Source: Rhizophagus irregularis
Lineage: Eukaryota
Reading direction: 5' to 3'
Assembly: GCF_026210795.1 (NCBI RefSeq)
Contig: NC_089433.1
Coordinates: 744,001-808,000 of the forward strand
Length of the DNA: 64,000 nt
Under the pieces are notes generated by a model that worked only from the letters and a program-made list of their open reading frames with translations, did no database searches and was not told where the DNA came from. Made by a program: the position numbers and the translations under genes. Shown one piece after another: positions 56,262 to 64,000 of the stretch; position 1 is the stretch's first letter, and every line of letters begins with the position of its first letter.

Positions 56262-56490
56262 TTTTTTTTTTTTTTACTGGTTAACGAAAAATTTATTTAT
56301 TATAAAAGGAAACATTACAGCACGTGTCATTAGTTTGATAACAGTAATAGAAATAAATCTACATAACAATAATACAAAACTAAACACCTAGAATATACTA
56401 AAAATTACTATATTCCTGATGAACCAGGATAACTAAACAAAAATAACAGAAAAAAAATCAACCCATTTGGGCGAAAATAAAAGAAAATAT

Positions 56491-59400
56491 TTAAAAATAA
56501 AATAAAATAAAAGAAAAAATTATTTGAATAGTATACTGATTAACACGAACTATAAAATCCAAGGGTTCTATATTAAAATATATATTATTCAAAAGCCCTT
56601 CTACTTTTTGATAGACTTTATGATTAATATCTTTTTTAACTATATTTTTATCATAACTATAATGTTTTTTATCTTCTTTAGTAATACTTAAACTTTTTTC
56701 TTTGTCTTTTTGTAAATCACATCTATCGACCCAAATCTTATGTGTAGAATCAAAAACGAAATCTAAAAATTTGACTCCAGTTTCGAATATATGAACTTTA
56801 GTCATTTTAATTTCTTATCGTAAAAAATCAGCTAATAATTTAGGAAATAAGCCTTTAATAATATCTACGAAAGTTAATTTATTCTTATTAACTTTAACTT
56901 CGCCAAAGGATTCGTTTATAAATAAGTCAATTATTTTAGCTTCATCGAAGGTATATATATCGTATTCTTTAATTTTTTCAATTAAACATATAATTGAATA
57001 ATATATAATATTTCTCATTCTTTTACGATTTGAATAACAACGCCAAACATGTCCAAAAGTTTCTTTTTTACGCTCACAGACAGGACATTTCCAATCCTTA
57101 TATATATCAAAATTAATCAATTTTCTTTGTTCTACAGTCGGAATTTCTTCAATTAAATTCTTAATTTTATAACGACGTCGTTTAGTTGTGTGGAAATTAG
57201 TTTGTAAAACATTTTCATTTTCCTTTAAGAATTTGAACGTAATTGCCATTCTACGCTATCTATTGTATATTTTCGATTTCTTCGAAGATTAAAAAATTTT
57301 TCTAAATTTAAAATTTCATTATAATATCGTATGAAACGTCTAATCGGTTTTTCGATAATAATATTATTCCATGTAAGCATATATTCGATTTTATCGAGTT
57401 GAAAAAAATTAAAATTAACCGAATATACCCTATTCCTATCTAAATAACGATCTTTAATTTTTTGATCTAAAAAATTATGGTATAAATCATCATCATGTGC
57501 TTTGATTTTAGTAATTTTTGGTATAATTATTTCATTTAAGTCTATAAATTGTCGAATTAAAGCCCAAATATAAATGTTATTCTGTGTTTTTAGTAATTTG
57601 TGTGTATTATAAATTTCAGTTTTGCATATAATTTCATTAAAATAATTAAGAATAAATTCATTATCTGTAATTATCTTGACATTACTAATATTATGAACAA
57701 TAATCAACGCGAGTATAAAACTTGTCACTTCTGCTTTACTTGGAAAAATCCAATGTTCAATATTAACGTAAAATTCGTCAATTAATTTATGATCTTTATC
57801 GTAAAAATGTAAACCGGCTATACCATCAATATTAAAGCTCTAATCGGATCGGTCCTAATCCGACAACCCGGACCGAAAATTCAGATTGGTCCGGTCTGGG
57901 TTGATGCTTCAACCCGGACCAAAATATTTGGTCCAGTCCGGTCCAGTTTCGGATTATAAATCTAACCCGGACTGAAAAAACGGGTTGGGACCAGACCGGA
58001 CTGATAAATATTTTCGCAATGGTTTATATTAAAACCGTTGCGATTATTTAATTATTAAATAAAAAAAATGTTGTGTAACGTTTTTTTTAACATATTATTA
58101 TAAAAAAATGTTTGCGCAACGTTTTTCTAATTAATTTAAAGAAAAAACGTTGTGCAACGTTATTCTTAGTATATTTAATTAGAAAAAACGTTTGCGCAAT
58201 GTTTTTCTAATTAATTTAAAGAAAAAACGTTGCGCAAGCGTTTTTCTTAGTATATTTAATTAGAAAAAACGTTTCTGCAACGTTTTCTAATTAATTTAAA
58301 GAAAAAACGTTGCGCAACATTTTTTCTTAGTATATTTAATTAGAAAAAACGTTTGCGCAACGTTTTTCTAATTAATTTAAAGAAAAACCGTTGCGAAACA
58401 TTTTTTCTTAGTATATTTAATTAGAAAAAACGTTTGCGCAACGTTTTTCTAATTAATTTAAAGAAAAAATGTTGCGAAACATTTTTTCTTAGTATATTTA
58501 ATTAGAAAAAATGTTTGCGCAATGTTTTTCTAATTAATTAAAAGAAAAAACGTTGCGAAACGTTTTTCTAAGTATATTTAATTAGAAAAAACGGTGCGAA
58601 ACGTTTTTTCTAAGTATATTTAATTAGAAAAAATATTTGCGCAACGTTTTTTTATTATAGGACCGAACCGGACCGGACCAAAATAACTGGTCCGGTCCGG
58701 TCTGGTCCCGGATTCTCCTTTTAATATAAACCAGACCGGACCGAAATAAACTAATTTTTCAGTCTGGTCCCGGGTTACTCTCCAACCCGGACCAACCCAG
58801 ATTATTTAGAGCTTTAATCAATATTTTCTGTCCCATTATTTATAACAGAACCATCTATATATACGAAAATTTGTTCTCCAAATTGTTGGATTAATTTGTA
58901 GTTGATAACGTTTAATTTTTCGATCGTTAAGTTCTTATTAAATTTTTCTTTTTTAACATATTTTTCTATACAATTTTGCATTGATTTTTGCATATTGGAA
59001 TCAAAAATATTTAATCTAATATCATCTTGTTTAAAAAGCATTAGTTCTATAATAAAATTATGTTCATGCCATATATTTGACTCAATATGTGATTGAATAA
59101 TATCTGGTACTATATATGAATCAGTTTCATGTATTATCATTGCATGTGAATGTAAATAATTTTCAAGAAAATAAACATCTTCTATTCTCAATTTAACTAA
59201 ACAATTACTTTGCTTATGTATTCTTTCGAGGGGACCAAGAGTGCTTGTTTCATCCAAAAAACAACCTAAACATTTTTTAAACCCATAAATAAATCATCTG
59301 GATTATTAACCGTTATATAATGTTCCAAAACTATATCATTAGATCCCAAATTGTAATTTTTACCATAAACTAAAATTATATCGTTATGTAACTTCTTTTT

Positions 59401-62400
59401 TCCAAAAATAAAACCATTATTTATAGGTTCTAAGTCTGAATTCATTTTAGTTAGAATTGTTCCTTTTAAATTATGAGCGAAACTAGTGCCTATTTTATTC
59501 TTAGCTTCAATAGAAATTCGTCTCTTTATTACTTCATTGTTATCTAAAATACAATCTTCTATAATTTTCCAACTTTTTTCAATTAAAGATCTATTTGGAC
59601 TAAAAAATTTTTTAAATCGTTTTCCCAAAATTTCTTTTAACGTTAATAAATTTTTCCTATCTAACGTCAAAATTTGATCTGCAAACATAATATTGAGTTT
59701 TTTTATTGATCGTAGATTTTTGAAATAAATTTCTTCAGGTAAAATATCTTTAATTAAAATATTCCCTCCAATAATTTCCATTTTATCTACCGTATCATTA
59801 ATAGCAATGCTAAAATTTTGAGTCTTTAACATTTTGATACACTCTAATATATAATGATTTTTTAATTGCGTCGTGAAAATTTTCTTATATCTAATAATAT
59901 CTTTATCTCGTAATGAATAAATAGGATTATCGTTTAAAAATAACAATTGTTGAAGATTATATAAACGAATTTTTGTGATCATTCCCAATTCATTTTTATC
60001 ATTAATTTGTAAGATAAAATTAGTCATTTTTGCTTGTAATTGATTATCCTCAATATTTTTAACATTAAACATCTCTTTTAAGTGAACTATTGAATTCGGT
60101 GTAGTTTTCATAAATTTTAACTTATGTTTAAATAAAATACGAAATTTTGCCATAATTTTGTTACATTCATGTTCTGATAAAATAATTAGTTGTGCCCTAT
60201 ACTCAATTCTTGGAATGATTAAGACATTAAAGATAAAAGCCATTTGTTTATCTGTTAATTTTTTTCGTAAGATCATTGAATTGCAGCAATTATTAATTTC
60301 ATTTTTAATTTGATCAATCACATGATTTCTTCGATTAAAAGCGTTGAACCAAACTCCTAGTAATCTAATTGATCCTTTTTTACTAGTAGGTTTAATATTA
60401 ACTATCGATTTTCTAAAACTCAAGAATAACGATTCTGGGATATATTTTTTTCTTAATAATAATTCTGATTTGTCCTTATTGATTTTTATATCATTAAGAT
60501 TATAAAAGGTGTCAGCAATTGATAAAATTTTTTCTAAATTTTCCTGGTTTCCAGCCATGAAATTTGTATCATCCATATACGCTAAACCTGGAAAGTTAAA
60601 ATTAATCTTTTCTTCGACATTTTCATAAATATTATTAACTTTAACACCATCTATATCATATCCTAGATTTGAGTTCTTAATTTTTGTCAATAAAGGATCG
60701 TAGTAAATAATCCACAAAAGCGGTGAAATTATTTCCCCTTGATCAATCCCGCATTGCATATCAAAAGCGTCTGTTAAACCATAAGGTGTAAAAACTTTGT
60801 TTTTCCGTCCAATCGATAAACCTGTTAATAAATTAATTAATTCTATTGGAAATTTAATTCTTTTCATCACTTTTTCAAGCATAAAAACATTAATCCGATC
60901 ATAAGCCTTTGACATGTCAAGAGCAAGAATCCATAATTCTTTATCACGTTCATTACTATGTTGAATTATCTCATTAATTATTCGTAATGGTTCAAAAGTT
61001 GAATTTAGGGGTAAGCCCGCGTATTGATATCCTTGTAAAATTTGATGTTCTACCATTATCTTCGAGATACGTTTTGTAATTATTTTCATCATAACTTTTC
61101 TAGCTGTTTCCAATAACAAGATTGGTCTAGTATTATTTAATCTATACCCCCAAGGTTTCGGCTTTGAGATCGGATATATATTTGCTAGTTTCCAGTCTTC
61201 AGGCATTATTTGAGTACGTAAAACTTCATTTATAATATCTCTTAATAAATGATTAAATTCTGACGGAGCCTTCTTAATTTCATCATATGCAATTCCTGTT
61301 GGCCCCACTGCTTTCTTAATTGGTAAATCTTTGATTACAATTTCCCATTCATCATCTGTTATTGGTTCAAGACAATTATTATAAATCAAATCATTAATTG
61401 ATCTTATAGGTTCATATTCATCAGACCACTCATGTAAATCTTCTATTGTACGATTTTTTGATTCTGCTGCATTTTGAAAATGATCTTTAGTTATGTCTTT
61501 GATTTTATTTTCATCAGTAACTAAAATACTATTTCCATCTTTGTCATCAATTAAAACTCTATCTATAAAAATTTTTTTCATTTCATTTTCAGTAATATTA
61601 TCAATCATTCTTCGTTGATTATCAGCTAAATCTGCACAACATTTATCTATGGCTTCTTTAATTTTTTCATTTTTTAGATTAAACATTTCCAATGAAAATT
61701 TTGAAAATAAAGTGTCGTATATCTCATTTAATTCCTTAACATATTGACCTATCAAAAATTGACTTAATCTATGTTGTAATAATAGATACGTTGAATTCAC
61801 ATCATCTATCGAATGTCTTTTAACAAGATGTTTTAAATAATTATTATAGTGTTTCCAATTTAGAGCAAGTTTTTCAAAACTCAATTTCTTTTTAAATTTT
61901 CTTCTTAAATATACAATATATCGTAAATCTTTATATAGTTGTGTATGTTTAAATGTTTTGTTACGGTCTATATTAATGATAATTTCTTTAGATCGAATAT
62001 GTTGTTGTTTAATTTTCAATAAATTATTTTTAAAAAATGACCACTTTTCTTCTATTGAAACATTTAAATTAAAAGAACTAGCAACCTTTTTTAAGTCATC
62101 TTGAAAATTTAAAAAATCTTTTTCTTCAGTATTATCAAAATCAAAAATATGTCTAATTAAATTCGTATTAATCGTATTCATTTTTTTTGCCTGTAAAATC
62201 GGATAAATCAAATCTTCATTAATAAAATCAAAAGTTAATAAAGCATGATCCGTATTAATTATATCTCTTATATTAATAATTTTTGCTTTCGATGTTTTCG
62301 TGAAAAGATTTTCTGATATCCATATATAATCAATTCTTGAGTTGAAACGACCAAAATAAGTCATTATTTCTTTTGTATTATCCATATCATAAGTTTCTTT

Positions 62401-63138
62401 ATGAACATCCCATAAATTAAGATCTTCTAATTTTTGAAAAATTTTCAACATTTTTGGTATAGATTGTTTATTATCTTGTCATTTTTTAAACCTACGATAT
62501 TGTAAATTAAAATCACCACAACAAATAATTTCCATTTTGTGAGACTTAGCATTTTTAATCTGTTTAATTACATGTGTATTCATATCAATTTTTTTGTTCA
62601 TATCTACACCAGTACGATGATTAGCTAAATTATAAAATAATATTAAACGTAGTTTTTTGTTATTCTTAAAAGAAAAGTCAACTATTAATATTCGTCCATT
62701 AATTTTTTTTATATTGAATATATGTTTTTCTAAATTATTGCGTATTATAAGCATAACTCCTTTTCCAATAGCATTTTTATTATCATTATGTGAAATAATT
62801 TTATATCCAGCTTTATCTGCGTTGAAAAAGTTAATTTCTTTATCGGCTTTTTGTGTTTCCGTAATTCCCATAATATCGATACCATTTTTTCTTATATAGT
62901 CAAAAATATTGTTCAATTTATATTCTGTTAAAGTACATACATTGAGCACCGCTATTTTAGTAAAATATTTCTGATTAATGTGCTCATTATTAAACATGTC
63001 TATGTTATCATTAATTTGATTTGGAATTGTAATTGTTTTTTTCTTCTGATTCTTTTTTCTTTTATAATTAATCAAATGTGGGGGTGGATTATTAGAATAA
63101 TTATTAATTAAGTTGTTATTATTGAGTTGTACAATCAT
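56491..63138 (-). pseudogene. LINE ORF2 (endonuclease, reverse transcriptase, RNase H), disrupted
   Basis: In-frame stops at 62479-62481 and 56815-56817, 1-nt frameshifts near 59275 and 57247, and an hAT insertion at 57833-58816. Confidence 0.92.
57833..58816. mobile_element. 984-bp non-autonomous hAT element inserted in the LINE RNase H domain
   Basis: 11-bp TIR TAAAGCTCTAA/TTAGAGCTTTA, 8-bp TSD ATCAATAT, subterminal CCGGACC/GGTCCGG repeats, and a central ~40-bp palindromic array (aaaaaacgttgcgcaacgttttt). Confidence 0.96.
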
Positions 63139-63143
63139 TAAAA

Positions 63144-64000
63144 TTAAAAATTGTGTTCAAACTGGTTGGCTGAATTGCTAGTACCCCCAATACTTGCAAA
63201 TTCTTTTGTTGTAGTATCGTGTTGTTGTTCTTTATCGGAAAGTTGTCCAGTAAGTTTCGTAATCATATTGAACATATTGGTTAATAAACTATCTTGTTTT
63301 TCGACTTTTGATTCTAAGTTAAGCACTAAGTTATTGTCATCATTTTCACTTGAAGATGAGTCAGGTTTGGCACGCTTGTTATTATCATTAACTATTGGTA
63401 ATTTGTTAGGCTTGTGTTGTAGACCTTTACGATTATTATTATTTTTAAAGGTTTCTTTAATTGAATTAATTTCTTTTCTAACTATATCATTTTCTTTTCT
63501 AAATTCAGTAATCATTGCATTTAAAGTAGTGAGTTGTTTTTTAATATCTGATAAATCATTTTATGAAGATGTATGTTTGTTGTTATTTGGATCATGCATA
63601 GAGCCTCCTTTCCTAGTACCGCCTTGAATTGGGTTGTAGTTGTTGTCACTTATATCTTCTTCGTCACCCCAAGCTTGCATTTCTTCTTTACTAAAGGTGT
63701 AAGTATTGTTATTACGTTGTCGATTGATAATATTATTTTGATTTTAATGTCGTTGTCGATTAGTAGGATATCTATTTCCCTTAGTAGCATCGGCGTATGA
63801 ATTGAATCTAGATTTATTACGATTTTTAAACTGTTGGAGCAGTTGATTACGATTTAATTTATTTGAACGTTGTCGTAATTCCGTTTGACATTCCTTCGCT
63901 ACGTGTCCCGTATATCCGCATCTATGACAAGATTTGGTATCTAATGGGGACCATTCTAGTTGTTGACCTTCATATTCATATACATTATTGGTTGCAATAC
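63144..64000 (-). pseudogene. LINE ORF1 (gag-like zinc knuckle), partial
   Basis: One reading frame with a CCHC knuckle at ~63887-63928, broken by in-frame TAA at 63744-63746 and 63561-63563. Confidence 0.88.

Larger units (their letters stand above)
56261..64000 (-). mobile_element. Non-LTR retrotransposon (LINE) with CCHC ORF1 and APE-RT-RNaseH-CCHC ORF2, lightly decayed, 5' end outside the window
   Basis: ORF1 ends at 63144 (CHRCGYTGHVAKEC, SYADA). ORF2 runs 63138-56491: APE (GITET, GDFN, RIDYIW, TDH), RT (RPILL, LDMSKAYD, QGEIISPLLW, YMDD), RNase H and CPVC..ETFGHVWRC. Poly(A) at 56261-56275. Confidence 0.95.

Noticed and set aside
54860..58650. CRISPR-like arrays (palindromic repeats at 54860-55865 and 58060-58650)
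   Set aside because: The sequences between repeats are themselves repeated rather than unique spacers. No cas genes, eukaryotic context.

Overview
AT-rich, intron-containing eukaryotic DNA. The gene content (F-box/LRR, two BTB-BACK-TLDc paralogs, a decayed tyrosine-kinase-like gene) and the TE types look like an arbuscular mycorrhizal fungus (Glomeromycotina, Rhizophagus-like); this is inferred, not database-confirmed. Apparently intact genes: an 8-exon CH-domain/Cdc15-SepH-like kinase/C1/CAAX protein (8233-11881, -), an F-box/LRR gene, two BTB-BACK-TLDc genes, and a 6-exon UBC4/5-like E2 whose catalytic Cys codon is GGC (Gly). The rest is pseudogenes and mobile DNA: a lightly decayed APE-RT-RNaseH LINE interrupted by an hAT MITE, four CCCTATA-ended MITEs with 3-bp TSDs, a nest of three MITEs, two Helentron-like short elements and minisatellites. 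The most unusual non-coding signal is a ~590-bp unit present twice (30009-31208). Its minus strand folds into a ~50-bp G.U-rich stem around an A-rich loop and is followed by T-runs, so it is a candidate unannotated structured RNA or retroelement. All exon models and folds were derived by eye.
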